64,000 bases of DNA from Chiloscyllium plagiosum (GCF_004010195.1 NC_057718.1:71943271-72007270), one strand, 5' to 3'; shown: positions 1 through 14,436, counted from the stretch's first letter. Notes: a model not told the origin generated them from the letters alone. Made by a program: numbers and translations.

Positions 1-279
1 GAATACGGGTTTTATTACATTTGATGTTAACACATTCCGAGCATGTAAGAGACTTAAATATACACTCTGGTTAGTTGTAGGTTAGATTAGTAGATAGTTG
101 AGTTTTGTCTGTTTGTTTTTTTTTTTGGCGGTTTTTTTTTGTTTTGTTTTTTTTGTCAAATTTTGGCTATTGTATATTTGAGCTAATTGTATATCAATGT
201 TTATATCTGAGAGTTTTGTTTATTTTTGTAAACTTGTAAAAATGTTAAATTTCTAATAAAAATATCTATTAAAAGAAAA
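1..279 (+). mobile_element. 3' end of an L1-type LINE (T-rich 3'UTR, AATAAA, A-rich tail)
   Basis: T-rich tract, AATAAA at ~255 and A-rich tail at 270-279. Family assignment is by architecture only. Confidence 0.5.
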
Positions 280-2460
280 GGTCACACCTCCCCCCCCTTT
301 ACCGCCTTGCCTGTTCTTAATGAAAGATTTAAACCCTGAAACCTGCATCATCCATTCCTCACCCTGCTCTAACCATGTCTCCAAAATGGCCACAACATCA
401 AAGTCCCAGGTACCTATCCATGCTGTAAGCTCACCTACCCTATTCCGATATTCCTGGCACTGAAGTAGACACACTCAAAATCAGCTTGCTGTCTGCCAGC
501 ACACTCCTGTGCCCATGAAATCCTGTCCATGTCCTCCCTACTCTCATCCTCCTGTGCACTGGAACTACACCACAGATTCCCATCCCCCTGCTGAGCAAGT
601 TTAAACCCACCCGAATAGCACTAACAAATTTCCCACCCAGGATATTAGTACCCCTTTGGTTCAAGTGAAGACTGTCCTTTTTGTGGAGATCCTACCTTCC
701 CCAGAATGAGCCCCAGTTATCCATATACCTGAAACCCTCCCTCCTGCACCAACCCTGCAGCCATGTGTTCAGCTGATATCTCTTCCTATGACTTGCCTCG
801 CTGTCATGTGGCACGGGTAACAAACTACAGATAACAGCTCTGTTTATTCTAGCTCTCAGCTTCCATCCTATCTCCTGAAATCCTGCCTTACATCCCTATC
901 CTTCTCTCTACCTATGTCGTTGGTACCTATGTGGACCATGACTTGGGGTTGGTCACCCTCTCCCTTCAGGACCCCAGAGAATTATCAGAGACATCATGGG
1001 CCCTGGCGCCTGGGAGGCAACACACCAACTGTGAGTCTCTTTCGTTCCCAACAAACCTTCTATCTGTCACTAACTATTGAGTCCCCAATGACTAACACTC
1101 TCGTCCTTTCTCTTCTGTGCCAGAGATCTACACCTCAATGCACGCCCCTAGTAAGTCGTCGTTCCCCCCAACAGTATCCAAAACAGCATACTTGTTTCTC
1201 AGGGGAATGATCACAAGGGATCCCTGCACTGACTGCTTTCTCCCCCTTCCAACAGATTCCCAGGTTTCTTCATGCTGAGGAGTAACTACTTCCCTGTGTT
1301 CCCGGTTAGGTGAATTGGTCATGCTAAATTGCCTGTAGAGTTAGGTGCATTAGTTAGGGGGAATGGGTCTGGGTGGGTTACACTTTGGAGGGTCGGTGTG
1401 GACTACCGAAGGGCCTGTTTCCACACTGTAGGGAATCTAATCAAATCTAATCTTAAATTCTTACCGATCACAGATTCTGCCTCCTGAATGATCCAAAGTT
1501 ACAAAGAACAAAAAACATTTACAGACCAGGAACAGGCCCCTTCTGCTCTCCAAGCCTGAGCCGATCAAAATTCACTGTCTAAACCTGTCGCCCAATTCCT
1601 AAGCATCTGTACCCCTCTGCTCCCCCCCCTACTCATGCGTCTGTCCAGACGCATCTTGAATGAATGTTTCCACACTCTAATCTAATCTAATCTAATCTAA
1701 TCTAAGAATCTACCATGCCTGCCTCTACTACCTGTGCTGGCAACGCATTCCAGGCATCTATCACCCACTGTGTAAAGTACTTGCTGCGTGTATCTCCTTA
1801 AAACCTTTCACCTCTCAACCTTGAAAGCATGATTTCTCGTTATTGAATCCTTCACCCTGGTAAAAAGCTTATCCCTATCTACCCTTCATGATTTTGTAGA
1901 CCTCAATCAGGTCCCCCCTCAATCTTGTTTTTTCTAATGAAACAATCCTAATCTACAAAAATGGAGATTGAAGGGGGACCTGATTGAGGTCTATAAAATC
2001 ATGAAGGGTTCCTCCACTAATGGCGTCCCTCACCTCAAACATCATGCAGGAGGAACATTCTTCTCCCTGCACTGCCATTCCTGCTAGTCCCTGATCAGAA
2101 AATAAAAATGAAGAGAAACTTACCTGATGCGTCCCTGGTGTTTAAAGTTGGAGGTGGTGGATGGGTGGTACGCCCTACAAGAGGTCTTGGGTTTAGAAAA
2201 CCCTCATTATATAGCTGAGGGGAAACAAAAAGTCCCTTCTTTCCCAGAAACCTCTGCTCTCCAATGTCAGATGTAAACATTTAAATTAGTGACTCACCTT
2301 TCCCGGCAGGCCCTGGACCAAGCTCCCGCTCTTCCTGCTGCTGAAATCAGAATGGAGGGCTCCGACGCTAGAGGTAAGGTTTTAAAGATTTAAATGAGTG
2401 ACTCACCTTTCCTAGCAGGCCCCTGGTCAAAGCTCCTGTTCTTCCTGCTGCTGAAAATGG
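280..2460 (-). mobile_element. CR1-type LINE 5' portion (ORF1 esterase region and start of ORF2), interrupted by an HE1 fragment and a CR1 3' fragment
   Basis: ORF 253-474 WDFDVVAILETWL (AP endonuclease start), ORF 440-664 NQRGTNILGGKF (SGNH esterase end), ORF 1128-1322 IPLRNKYAVL (ORF1). Duplicated ~65 bp 5'UTR-like unit at ~2281-2348 and ~2390-2458. Confidence 0.75.
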
Positions 2461-3219
2461 AGCCCAAATGCATCTGGGAGCATGCACAGATCCAATGTGC
2501 AACTCTGGTTTGCGCTGCTCCAATGCTTTTCTGACCATCAGAAAATCTAAGTTGTTGTGTTAGGAGCATGCACAGAGGTAACTGACTAACAAACAAGAAA
2601 CAGTCAGGATAAATAGGTTAATTTCAAGCTGGCAACGTCTATTAGCATTGGGTGCCTTAGGGATCTGTATTACAATCTATGCTAATTAGTTGGCTGAATG
2701 GACAAAATGTATTACAGCAAAGTTTGCAAGTGATAAAAGATAGGCATTTTGTGATGTGAAAATAAAAGGGTGGAATTTTCCTTGCCCACCCAGAGTTTTT
2801 AGAAGGGTGGGCAGTAAAATTTCAATTTCCCAAGGGCAGGCTAAAGTTTGGTTTAAATTCTCAAAAACCTTCAGACAGTTTTCTGGAACCTGTTTTTATC
2901 ATTTTATGGTAACTCATTAACGCACCGACTTGCTGCAATTACATTCACAAGTTCCCCTTAGCAAATGTAGAAAATCCATGTGTTCATAACTCTGGCTGAT
3001 GACTGATATGAGGGGAAATCCAGTGGGATTGACTTCTTCCTATAAAGCTCTGGTGAGTGGAAACAAAAACAAACCAAAAATTTCTGGAAAAACTCTGCAG
3101 GTCTGATAGCATCTATGAAAAGAAATCACAATTAACATTTCAGATTTCTTCAGAACTGTTAGATGCTCACCTATGACACCACTTTCATGATACGCCACAG
3201 GATCTTACCATTAACTGTG

Positions 3220-4640
3220 TAAGTTTATCTTATCAAAGTGCAGCACCTTGCATTTACCGGCATTAAATTCCACCTGCTATTCCTCAGCCCCCTGGCCCGA
3301 TTAACCAAGATTCTGTTGTACTGTATCCTACTAATTTTCGTATCATCTGCAACCTTACTAACCATGTCTCCTGTATTCCCATCCAAATTGTTTATATACA
3401 TGACAACAAGCATTGACCCAGCACCCACCCTTGTGACACACAGCTGCTCACAGGCCTCCAGGACAACAATCCTCTACCATCACTCTCTGTCTCATACTGT
3501 CAATCTATTTTTTATCCAATTAGCTAGCTCTTCTTGGATCCCATGTGATCTAATCTTACTAACTAGTCTACCATGCCATACTTGGTTGAAAGCTTTGCTA
3601 TAAAGTCTATGAAGACAACCTCCGCCGCTCTGCTTACATCAGTCTTATTGGTCAGCTCTTCAAAAGCTCAATCAAATTTGTGAGACACAATTTCCTATGC
3701 ACAAAGCCAATGCTGACTATTCCTAATTAGTCCTTGCCTTTCCAAATGTATATTGGTCCTGTCTGTCAGAATCCCCTTCCACAACTTAGTCACTTTCTGA
3801 TGTCAGGCTCATCATTCCCAGACTTTTCCTTGCAGCCTTTGCTAAATAATGGCATAATATTAGTTACCCTCCACTCTTTTGCACCCATGGCTATTAATGA
3901 CCCAAATATCTGTACTGAGGGTCCTGCAATTTTTTCCCGAGCTTCCCACAATGTCCTGGAATAAACTTGATCAGTTCCCAGGTAGTTACTCACATCTATG
4001 GCTTTAAGACCTCCAGTACCTCCTCTTCCGTAATGTGGACTCTTTTCAAGACATCAGTATTTATTTCTCTGAGTTTCCCCACTTCTATGTCTTTCTCCTT
4101 GATAAATACTGACAAGAAATACCCTTTTAGGATCTCACCTGCTTCCTGCGACTGCACACATATATGGCATTAAGGGGCCCTATTTTCTTCTTAGATAATC
4201 TTTTAACCTCAATGTACATGTAGAATCTCTTTGGATTCTCCTTTACCTTATCTGCCAAAGCTAAATCATTCACCCTTTTTGCCCTTCTGATCTCCCACTT
4301 CACTGTATTCCTAACCCCCCCCATACTGCTCAAAGGATTCACTTGATCCCAGCTGCTGTTATCTGACTTATGCCTACTGCTTTTTCTTGAACAGACCCCG
4401 AGTAATTCAGTGTTCCCTCCTCCTGCCAGCCTTGTCCTTCACACTAACAGGAACACGCTGACTCAGAACTCTCATTATCTGACTTTTGAAAGCCTCTCAC
4501 TAGCCAAATATCTCTTTAATTGTGAACAGCCTCCCTCCACCAATCTACTTTTGAAAGTTCCGGTCTGATACCATCAAAAATAGCCTTGCCCCAAATTAGA
4601 ACTTAAACTTGTGGACCAGGTCTATCCTTTTCCATAACTA
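3220..4640 (-). mobile_element. Degraded CR1 LINE ORF2 (RT)
   Basis: MYINNLDG..SKVADDTKI and KENPKRFYMYI motifs in minus-strand ORFs. Confidence 0.8.
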
Positions 4641-5223
4641 TTCATGACATGAAGGGGTTGTGGTTAACGGGTAAGGTTGAGCAGATTGGGTCTATTGGAA
4701 TTAAGAAACATAATTGATCTTACTGTTAAGAGATTAGATTCTAAAGAGGGTTAACAGCATATGTATTGAAAGATTGTTTCCCCTTGTGGGGGATTCTAGA
4801 ATCTAAAGAGCACTTAAGGAAAATGTGGGACCTATCAAAGATAAAAAGAAAAATTGTGTGAAGCTGCAGAAGATATGGGAGGAATTTTAAATTAATTTTT
4901 TGCCTCCGTATTTACAAAGGAAAGGGGTGATCCGAAATGACCATTGAGAAAGATGGACAAAATAATTATAATGAAAGACAAAGTGTTAAAGGAATTGGAA
5001 TAAAGGTCAGATAGATTATTCCCTAGGATGCTGAAGGTGGTCAGGGAGGAAATAGCAGATGGTGGGGTGGAGCATAAGACATAACGGTGGGTCAGTGGCA
5101 AAATAGATAACGCGCCTGACTTCAGATCAAAAGGTTGCACGTTCTAGTTCTACCTGGCTCAACTGTAATGTACTACTTTGACCCTGTCTAATGTTGGCGG
5201 TTGCCTGTCAGGCGCTGTAGGGA

Positions 5224-5550
5224 TGTGGCCAATGTGTTTTTCAGGGTCGGCACAGTGGCTCAGTAGTTAGCACTGCTGCCTCACAGCACCAGATACCAGG
5301 TTCAATTCCAGCCTCGGGCGCCTGTCTGTGTGGAGTTTGCACATTCTCCTCGTGTCTGGATGGGTTTCCCCCGGGTGCTCTGGTTTCCTCCCACAGCCCA
5401 AAGATGTGCAGATCAGATGAATTGGCTGATGTTAAATTGCCCATAGTGTTAGGTACATCAGTCAGAGGGAAATGGGTCGGAGGGTCGGTGTGGACTTGTT
5501 GGGCCGAAGGGCCTGTTTCCACACTGCAGGGAATCTAATCTAATCTAATC
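5224..5550 (+). mobile_element. HE1-type tRNA-derived SINE
   Basis: GGCACAGTGGCTCAGTAGTTAGCACTGCTGCCTCACAGC head with A/B boxes. CR1-like 3' tail GGGCCGAAGGGCCTGTTTCC followed by (TCTAA)n. Confidence 0.9.
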
Positions 5551-7350
5551 ATGCTCTGAGAATTATTTTCCAATCTTCACTAGACACAGGTGAGGTGCTG
5601 AAGAAATGCAAATATGTTTCTGACATTTCAAAATGCTGAACGATTATAAGACATTAGTCTTACTTCAGTGGCAAATTGTTAGAAGAAATCCTGAAAGCTC
5701 AAATATCCCGTCACTTAGAAAGACATGGAATGGTCAAGGATAGTCAGCATGCTTTGTTAGGGGAAAGTCATTCCTCATAAATTTGTTTGAATTCTTTGAG
5801 GAAGTGACAAGGAGGATTGATGAGTGAAGTGCAGTGATGTTGTCTACATGGATTTTAGTAAGGCATTTGACAAGGTCCCACATGGTAGGCTGGTCAAAAA
5901 AAGTAAAAGACAATGTGTCAAAATGGATCCAAAGTTAGTTTAGTGAAAGAAAACAAAGGGTAATGGTTAATGGTTGCCCTTGCAAATAGAAAGCTGTTTA
6001 AAGTGGTGTTCTGCAGGGCTCGGTCTGTTTTATACATTAACGATTTAGACTTGAATGTTGGGGACACAACATTTGCAGATGACAGAAAAATTGGCCATGT
6101 AGAGGATACAGATGGTTGGTAAGTGGGCAAGAAAGTGGCAGATGAAAAGGAGGACAAACATGAAAACAAATATGCAATAAATAGGAATATGCTGAGAAGG
6201 GTAGATGAAACGAGAGATTAGATTAGATTACTTACAGTGTGGAAACAGGCCCTTCGGCTCAACCAGTCCACATCGACCCTCCGAAGAGCAACCTACCCAG
6301 ACCCACTTCCTTCTGACTAATGCACCTAACACTATGGGCAATTAGCACAGCCAATTCACCTGACCTGCACATGTTTGGACTGTGGGAGGAAACCAGAGCA
6401 CTCGGAGTCCGAAGAGTAACCCACCCAGACCCATTTCCCTTTGACTAATGCACCTAACATGAAGGGCAATTTAGCATGGCCAATCCATCTGACTTGCACA
6501 TCCTTTGGACTGTGGGAGGAAACCAGAGCACTCGGAGGAAACCCACACAGACACAGGGAGAATGTGCAAACTCCACACAGACAGGCGCCCAAGGCTGGAA
6601 TCGAACCTGGGACCCTGGTGCCGTGCGGCAGCAGTGCTAACCACTGAGCCACCGTGCTGACCAGATCTTGGCTTGCAAGTGCACAGGTCCCCACAGGTAA
6701 ATAAGGTTGCAAAGAAAACATATGGAATGCTTTCATCATTGACAGAAGTATAGAATACAAGAGTAGGAATATAATGATGGAATTGTGTAAGATACTGGTG
6801 AGGCTACAACTGGAGCATTGTGTGCTGTTCTCGTCACTACATTACAGGAAGCACACAGTTACTCTGGAGAGTGTGCAGAGAAGATTTAGTGGAATGTTGC
6901 CAGGCTGGAAAGTTGTAGATACAAGGAGAGGTGGGGCTGTTTTCTTTGGAATAGAGAAGGCTGACAAGTGACATGATCAATGTATACAAAATTGTGAGGG
7001 GTACAGAGTAGATAGATGGAATCTGTTTCCCTTGACAAGAGTTCTCAAAAATCAGGGGTGATAGATTCAAGCAAAGTGACAGAGGAGTACATGGGATATG
7101 AGGAAAAACTATTTTTTGCAGTGGGTGGTGGGCATCTGGAATTCGTTGCCTGAGATGGTGGTGGAGGCAGAGACCCAAACTCTTGTAAGATGAACCTGGA
7201 TCTGTGCCTTAGATACTTAGAGCTGCAGGGCTATAGACCATGTGCAGGATGATGAGATTAGAAAGGACATCTCTGGGGCATCTTTGGGTTGGCATGGACA
7301 AGTTGAGCCAAATGCTCATTCCCCCTTCTGGGTTGCACCATTTCTATGGT
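5551..7350 (+). mobile_element. Degraded CR1 LINE 3' half, interrupted by a reverse HE1 SINE
   Basis: Sequence encoding DFSKAFDKVPH-like and LEHCVLFSSLHYRK motifs, plus 3' tail. Confidence 0.8.
6217..6657 (-). mobile_element. HE1 SINE with internal partial duplication or nested copy
   Basis: Reverse complement of HE1. The central segment is repeated (~6285-6403 and ~6409-6535). Confidence 0.85.
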
Positions 7351-7407
7351 TGTGTGTTGTAACTTGAGAATCTGGTTTCAAAGTAAGGGGGGTCTACAAT
7401 TGACGGT

Positions 7408-7725
7408 AGATTAGACTAGATTTCCTACAGTATGGAAACAGGCCCTTCAGCCCAACAAGTCCACACCGACCCTCCAAAGAGTAACCCATCCAGACCTATT
7501 CCCCTACATTTACCCCTGACTAATGTAGCTAACAATATGGGCAATTTAGCATGGCCAATTCACCTAACCTGCACATCTTTGGATTGTGGGAGGAAACCCA
7601 CGCAGACACGGGGAGAATGTGCAAACTCCACACAGACAGTCGCCCAACTTGGGAACTGAACCTGGGTCCCTGGTGCTGTGAGGCAGCAGTGCTAACCACT
7701 GCGCCCCCTGAACCACCGTGCTGCC
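7408..7725 (-). mobile_element. HE1 SINE
   Basis: Reverse complement of HE1 head and CR1-like tail. Confidence 0.88.
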
Positions 7726-10614
7726 ATAGAGGTAAGGAGAAATTTCTAGTCTCAAATTGTCAGTCCTGTTTGTAATTGTCAACCCAGAAAGCAGTGGAAG
7801 CTGGGTCATTGAATGTATTCAAGACTGCATTAGATAGATTTTGGAGGGTACATGTAGAAGTTGTGAACTTGTGTAAAATTGCAAGATCATGAAATGGGAG
7901 AAGCATTACATGGTCCCTTTAAAAGATGGCATGCTTTTTCTAGGCTTGGAGAGTCTAAAAAATGTCTGCAGGCAGCAGCAATTTTCTTGAAACTGAAATG
8001 TGTGCATTCAAAGACCAAAACAATAGTTTTGAACTCCAGCCAAATAATTTGAACCAGGCCTTTGGTTATCACAAATTTATTAAAGTTAAATTTGATGATT
8101 TTGACAACTTAAAACCAAACTGATTGTAAAGAAATTAATAGGTCACCAAGGACACAAAAAAAGGGACATTTGGAAAGTCAGGCAGGGGAAACAGCCATCT
8201 GCCAACAGTTAACAACCATTATTTTGAAGGAAAGAATTATTGGCTCTCACAAAATTCTCTAAGCTTCAGAGTAAGAAACATCTAAATAAAGGTATCGCGA
8301 CACTCTTAGCTAATATTCCCAGCAAAAGACTTCAATGGACAAGGTGCCCTAACCAAAGAATTCAACTGTGAACGCATTCCTGAAAGAAGGTGAACAGAGA
8401 ATTCACACAAAGGTCCAGAAGATGCATCCTAGCTGTAATTTTGAAGAGACTGAATTCTATTGTTTTGCTATTTAAATGAGCTTTGTGATTTATTAAAACA
8501 GCACACCAATAGAATTCTGTTCAGTTAGTAGTTCGAGGGGAATTGTTTGGCTGTTAGTAACTCTGTTAATTTGGTCATAGTTGGAATTATATAAATAAAT
8601 TGTAACTTATTGATTATAGAGCGAGTGAAAGGATTTCATTTTATTTAATCACTCCTTCATAATATCGGAAAGTGGAAATAAGATCGTTATTAGATGAGCT
8701 AATTAAACGGCCTATTCCTGCTCACATTTCTTATGTTCTTACATTCCTATTGGGTGTCATCTGCAGCACTAATCTTTGGAGAACACTACTTCCCATCTTC
8801 TGTCACTCTTTATTCGCATTCTCTGTTTTCTATCTTGTTGCAAGGATTGAAGATAACAGCTTTGGTCTTTCCAGTATTGTAATCAAATGAAATTTCTAGT
8901 TGTCTAGTATTCAGTGTCAGACATGCAGTCACACAATTTAGATAGTGGAAGGATGATGAAAGACAGCAGTGGTGAGATATGCAATGTACCAAACATGTGG
9001 GAACCGTTTTACACACCATGCCCTTGAGAGACAGTGCACAGATGAGAAATGGAAGAGGGCCAAGGATATTTTTTGGGGGGACAAGATAATGATGTAGGAA
9101 CAAAAAAAGATGCCACTGTAGTTAATTTTCTGGCTAGGATTGGATATACAGAGTAGATTCAGGTGAATGTAATCCCATTCAAATAGTATGAAAGAGAGAA
9201 GCACTGGAGGAGGAGGAGGAGGTAGTCAGCCAAGCTGCAGGTACATTAAAATGGATAGTTTATTCAAGTGCCCGTCACAGTACTTTAACAAAAGCCTTTT
9301 TGGTACTGAAAAACAGTGCAAACCTAATCAGATAATTTATACATGTTCCTGGAAAGATGAGCGTGGATTTTCATAGGTAGCAGTCTATTCAAGGGCTTTA
9401 GGGTGAAAACAACACTTGGAAATGGAGCAGTAGTTTGTAACAACTGAGGGATCAAGGCATGGTCTTTAAGAGGAAATGTGAATAAGCAGACAGTATTAGA
9501 GTACAAAGTATCATTAACAATATAAAATAACAAAGACAACCCAAAAGGAAAATTTGATGGTTTGTAGGATTGGATAGTATGAATAGGATCAAGAAACGAA
9601 AGACTTTAATTTATATATGACCTTTCATTACCACTGATGTCGTAGAGCTCTTTCGAAGTACTTAAGTGGCTATGAACTGTAGTCACTGTTCAGAGGTAAG
9701 AAACACTGCTGCTAATTTGTGCACAGCAAAGTCTTAGAAAATGCACTGTGATAATGATCAGAAATTTATTTTTGTAATATTGACTGAGCCATACATAAGG
9801 ACACTAGGATAATCCTCCTGACTGTCACTACAGCAGAAAGGATGTCTCATCTGAAAAAGAGCTGATAGTACTGCAATAACGTTTCTGACTTATTAACCTT
9901 GAAACAATCATACTTGTCTGAATATCATCATTGAATCAGAGATCTAATGAAAAGAGATCTTTTCATTAGATCTATCTTTTCGGTCTATCAAGTCTGAACC
10001 AGTCAAAATCAACCACCTAACTACTCTAATCCCATTTTCAGCACTTGGTTCATAGCCTTGTATGACTCAACACCACAAGTGCACATCTAAATATTATAAA
10101 TGTAATGAGGTTTTCTGCCTCTGCCACTGTTACATATACCAGTTTAACTTCTTATAAATTATAAATATTTTACAGGTTGGTAAAACTTCCATGAGCATAG
10201 AAACAGAAATCTGCTTCTGAAACATTGTTCACCCTCTATATAAAAGTCTTTTAGTTTGTAATGTGGTAACAAGATTCCAAGTTGAATATAGAGAATAAAC
10301 TTTTATTACAGCATGCAAATGACAATGAATTAATTAATAAAACAATGTGTACTCTGAGAATCGTATTATAATTAATTATCAAGGAACAAACAATTCATTC
10401 AACTCATTAAAACACTGAGGAGAGCAATCCAATTCAATCCATTCCCACTTTCAAACCCCACAGACCAACACATTTATTTACCTCAAGCGTCCATCCAATT
10501 TCCTCTTGAAATCAGTGACCCATTTTTACTAACATCACAGTCATAGTTCTCAGTCAATACCATTAAAAAGTTCTCCTTCCAACATCGCTTTCCAAACATC
10601 TTAAATCTGAACAA

Positions 10615-13600
10615 GTGATAGTTGTCGAGGATTCCATAATTAGGGGAACAGATAGTATCCTCTGCAAGCAGGATCGAGAGTCGCACATGGTATATTACCT
10701 GGCCTGTGCAAGGGTGAGGGACATCTCTGACTGGCTTGAAAGGATATTGGAGAGGGAGGGGGAGCATCCGGTTTTGAGATGATCAGAAACTAGGAACTAA
10801 ATTTAAAGAACAAGTTCTCGAGAATTATAATCTCCAGATTATTGCCTGAGCCACATGCAAATTAGCATAGGGACATGAGATAAAGGGAGATAAATACGTG
10901 GCGAGAGTGCTACATGAAAGAGGGGTTCCTTTTCATGGGGCATCAATTTCAGAACTGGAGGGATGTGTACCGTTGGGATAGTCTACACCTAAACCGAGCT
11001 GGGACCAATTTTCTAGCAAGAAGGGTAAATAGGATGGTCAAATGGACTTTAAACTAGCAAGCGAAGGAGAAGAGAAGGGTAAAACTCCAAATAGTATAAT
11101 GACCAATTGGAAACAAAGCAGATAGATTCAACCGCGTGAAAAATATGAAAATAATGAAAAGAACGGAGAACTCAGGAGATGTTATTAAAGTCTCCAGCAC
11201 ATAAAATAGGATAGTGTTTGGAAAAGGTTAGGAATTAAACTTCAAGCACACTGGATAAACAAGTGACAATGAGAAGAGGGACAGTCAGTACAAGACTGAA
11301 GGTGTTGTATCTGAATGCATGCAGTGTACAAAAATAAGGTAAATGAGCTAGTGGTGCAGATCAAAATTGGCAGGTATGACATGGTGGGCATCATGGAGAC
11401 GTGGCTGCAAGGGGATCAGGCCTGGGAGTAAATATCCAAGAATATACGTCCTATCAAAAAGACAGGCGCTTGGGCAGAGGAGAGTGGGTTTGCCTTAATA
11501 GTAAGAAATGAAATTAAATCAATAGTGAGAAACAAAGTAGGGTCAGATAATACATAATCTGTATGGATAGAGCTGAGAAGCCACAAAGGTAAAAACCCGT
11601 ACTGGGGTTTATGTACAGGCCTCCAAACAGTAGTCAGCATTTGGGGCACACGATACACCAGGAGATAGAAAAGGTGTGTAAGAAAGGCAAGGTTTCAGTG
11701 ATCAAGGGGAACTTCAATATGCAGGCAGACTGGGAAAGTCAGGTTGATAGTGGATCACACAAAAAAGAATTTGTGAAATGTCTATGAAATGGCTTTTTGG
11801 AGTAGCTTGTGGTGTAGCCCACTACAGGACAAGCAATTCTGAATTTAGTGTTGTGCAATGAGGCAGACTTGATAAGGGAGCCGAAGATAAAGGAACCCTT
11901 AGGATGCAGTGACCATAATATGATAGAATTTACTCTGCAATTTAAGAGGGAGAAGGTAGAATCAGATTGAATACAGGTGAATAAAGGCAACTACAGAGAA
12001 ATGAGGGTGGAAAGCCTACAAAAACGAACAGCAGACAACAAAAAAAAGGAGGGAGAAGATTAACTATGAGGGTAATCTAGCTGATAATATAAAAGTAGAT
12101 GGCGAGAGTTTCATTAGATATATAAAGGGCCTGTTGGAAAATAACGCTGGAGTAGTAGTAGTGAGGAACAAAGAAATGGCTGAAGAACTAAATAAGTACT
12201 TAGATAGCAAAGAGATAGTGGAGGTGTTAGTGGTGATCTTTCAGGAAACACTGGAGTCAGGGAGGGTCTCAGAGGACTTGAAAAATGCTACTGTAATCCA
12301 TCTGTTTAAAAAGGGAGTAAGACAAAAGATGAGAAATTACAGGATGATTAATCTGACCTCAGTCATTGGTAAAATTTTTCTAATTCTTGAAAGTGCATAG
12401 TAAAATAGGGTAAAATCAGCATGGTTTCATCAAGGAGAGGTCATGCTTGACAAATCTGTTAGAATTCTTTGAGGAGGTAACAAGCAAGTTAGACCAAAGA
12501 GAGCCAATGGGTTTTTTCTACCTGTATTCCAAAAAGCCTTTGACAAGGTGCTGGACCCATGGTGTTAGAATCTAGGTTAAAAGATTCGCTGTCTGGCAGA
12601 AAGTAGGAAGTGGGGATGAAAGGTCCTTCTCAGGATGGCAACCTGTGACTAATGGTGATCCACAAGGGTCAGTGTTGGGACCACATCTTTTCACTTTAGA
12701 CATTAATGATCTGAGGACATTCTGGCTAAGTTTATAGATGATACAAAGATAGGTGGAGGGACAGCTAGTATTGAGGAAGCGAGGAAGGATTTAAGATCAA
12801 GTGTGTGGTGCTGGAAAAGCACAACAGGTCAGGCAGCATCCAAGAAGTAGAAGAATTGATGTTTCAGGCATAAACCCTTCATCAGCATGTCCTGTGCTTT
12901 TCCAGCACCACACTCTTCACTGTGATCTCCAGCATCTGTAGTCCTTGCTTTATCCCTGCAGAAGAATTTAGACAGGTTAGGAGAGTGGGCAAAGATGTGC
13001 AGATGGAATATAACATGGAAAAGTATGAGGTCATGCACTTTGACAGGAAGACTGCAGGCATGGATTACTTTCTAAATTGGGAGAAAATTCAGAAATTTGA
13101 AGCACAAACTTGACAGTCCTAGTCCAGGATACTCTTAAGGTAAACTTGCAGGTTGAGTCGGTAGTGAGGAAGACAGATACAATGTTGGCATTTATTTCAA
13201 GAGGACTAGAATGAAGCAGGGATGTTCTCCTGAAGCTTTACAAAGCTCTGGTCAGACCACATTTAGAGCATCGTGAGGAATTTTGGGCCTCAGACCTCAG
13301 GAAGCATGTACTGGCCCTGGAGCAGGTCCAGACGAGGTTCACGAGAATGATCCTAGGAATGAAAGGCTTAACATATGAGGAACATTTGAGGACTGTGGGT
13401 CTCGACGGAGTTTAGAAATTTGATGGGGAATCTAATTGAAATTAACAGAATTCTAAACGGCCTGGACAGAGTGCACATTGGGATGATGATTCCATTGGCA
13501 GGAAAGACTAAGACCCACAGGCACAGACGTAGAGTAAAGGGAAGACCCTTTAGAACAGAGATAAGGAGAAAGTGATGAATCTATGGAATTCATTGCCACA

Positions 13601-13760
13601 GAAGGCTGTGGAGGCCAGGTCACTGAGTATATTTAATTCGGAGATAGATAGGTTCTTGATTGTCAAGGGGTCAAGGGCTACCGAAAAACTTATCAGCCAT
13701 GAATGGCAGACCAGACTCAATGAGCCGAATGGCCTAATTTCTGCTCTTATGTCTTATAAT
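10615..13760 (+). mobile_element. Long degraded CR1 LINE (ORF1 esterase, endonuclease, RT, 3' tail)
   Basis: GDSIIRG-like at ~10625, YLNACS/ETWL at ~11305-11410, RT motifs at 12400-12750, CR1 3' tail at ~13700-13760. Confidence 0.85.
12796..12955. mobile_element. Short inverted-terminus PLE derivative nested in CR1
   Basis: GTGGTGCTGGAAAAGCAC...GTGCTTTTCCAGCACCAC inverted arms. Degenerate hammerhead core on the minus strand (CTGATGAAGGG...TGAAAC). Confidence 0.75.
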
Positions 13761-14201
13761 CTTTCTGGATTCTCTAATCATTGTACAAGTTAACTGGAAC
13801 AATTTTTGTCTGCCTCACCAAAACTGTCATAATCTTTTCCAAGTCTATCAAAATTCCCTCAATCTCCTTTGCACTAACGAGAACAAATTTGAACTTTGCC
13901 AACCTAACCTTGTGTATATAATCCCTTATCCATGGGATCATTTTGCTAAATCTCCTCTCTATCCTGAAAGTTTCCTCATATCCTTCCTAAAAAGTGTGGT
14001 TAGTACTGGTCACTGGATGCAGTATTGTACTTGAGGAACGGTCTAACCAATGTGTTACAAAGGTTCACCAAACATCCCTTCTTTAGTATATAATATATCT
14101 ATTTTTTAAACCCAAAATCCCAAATACTTTGCATGACAAGCTTAATGCCGACAATTATTCCATTCTAAATTTTCATGCTTCAATTTTAATTCTATTCATA
14201 C

Positions 14202-14436
14202 CTGCTTTACCATCAGTTTTGGGGTCCATTATGACAAATTCTGGTCGAAGCTTGCTAATTCGCCTCCCTTTTAAAATTGGCACGAGTCCACCCAAGTATT
14301 CCAGGTACAGGGTGTAGCATGGGCCCCCTACCTCTGGGTCATCTTCTGTACGCTTCATGGTGCAATGCAGTCTTTCATTTCCTGCTGTCGGGTAACTGAC
14401 AAAATCCCGCATATTATTTGGGTCTGGGATGGGAGG
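14202..14436 (-). CDS. TULP4: TULP4/TULP4-like internal coding exon (235 bp, phase 0/1)
   Basis: ttttgtttAG|CCT CCC ATC CCA GAC...AAA GCA G|GTATGA. Translates PPIPDPNNMRDFVSYPTAGNERLHCTMKRTEDDPEVGGPCYTLYLEYLGGLVPILKGRRISKLRPEFVIMDPKTDGKA, near-identical to recalled TULP4. Confidence 0.95.

Noticed and set aside
1665..1705. (TCTAA)n as a telomere-like repeat
   Set aside because: Preceded by TGTTTCCACAC, so it is the extreme 3' tail of an HE1/CR1 insertion
7860..8700. Possible solo LTR of another family
   Set aside because: Boundaries, TSD and a second copy could not be established
1..14201. Next TULP4 exon (DSCNCSDSSDIELSDDW)
   Set aside because: Not found by eye. It most likely lies beyond the window start, given the large introns.
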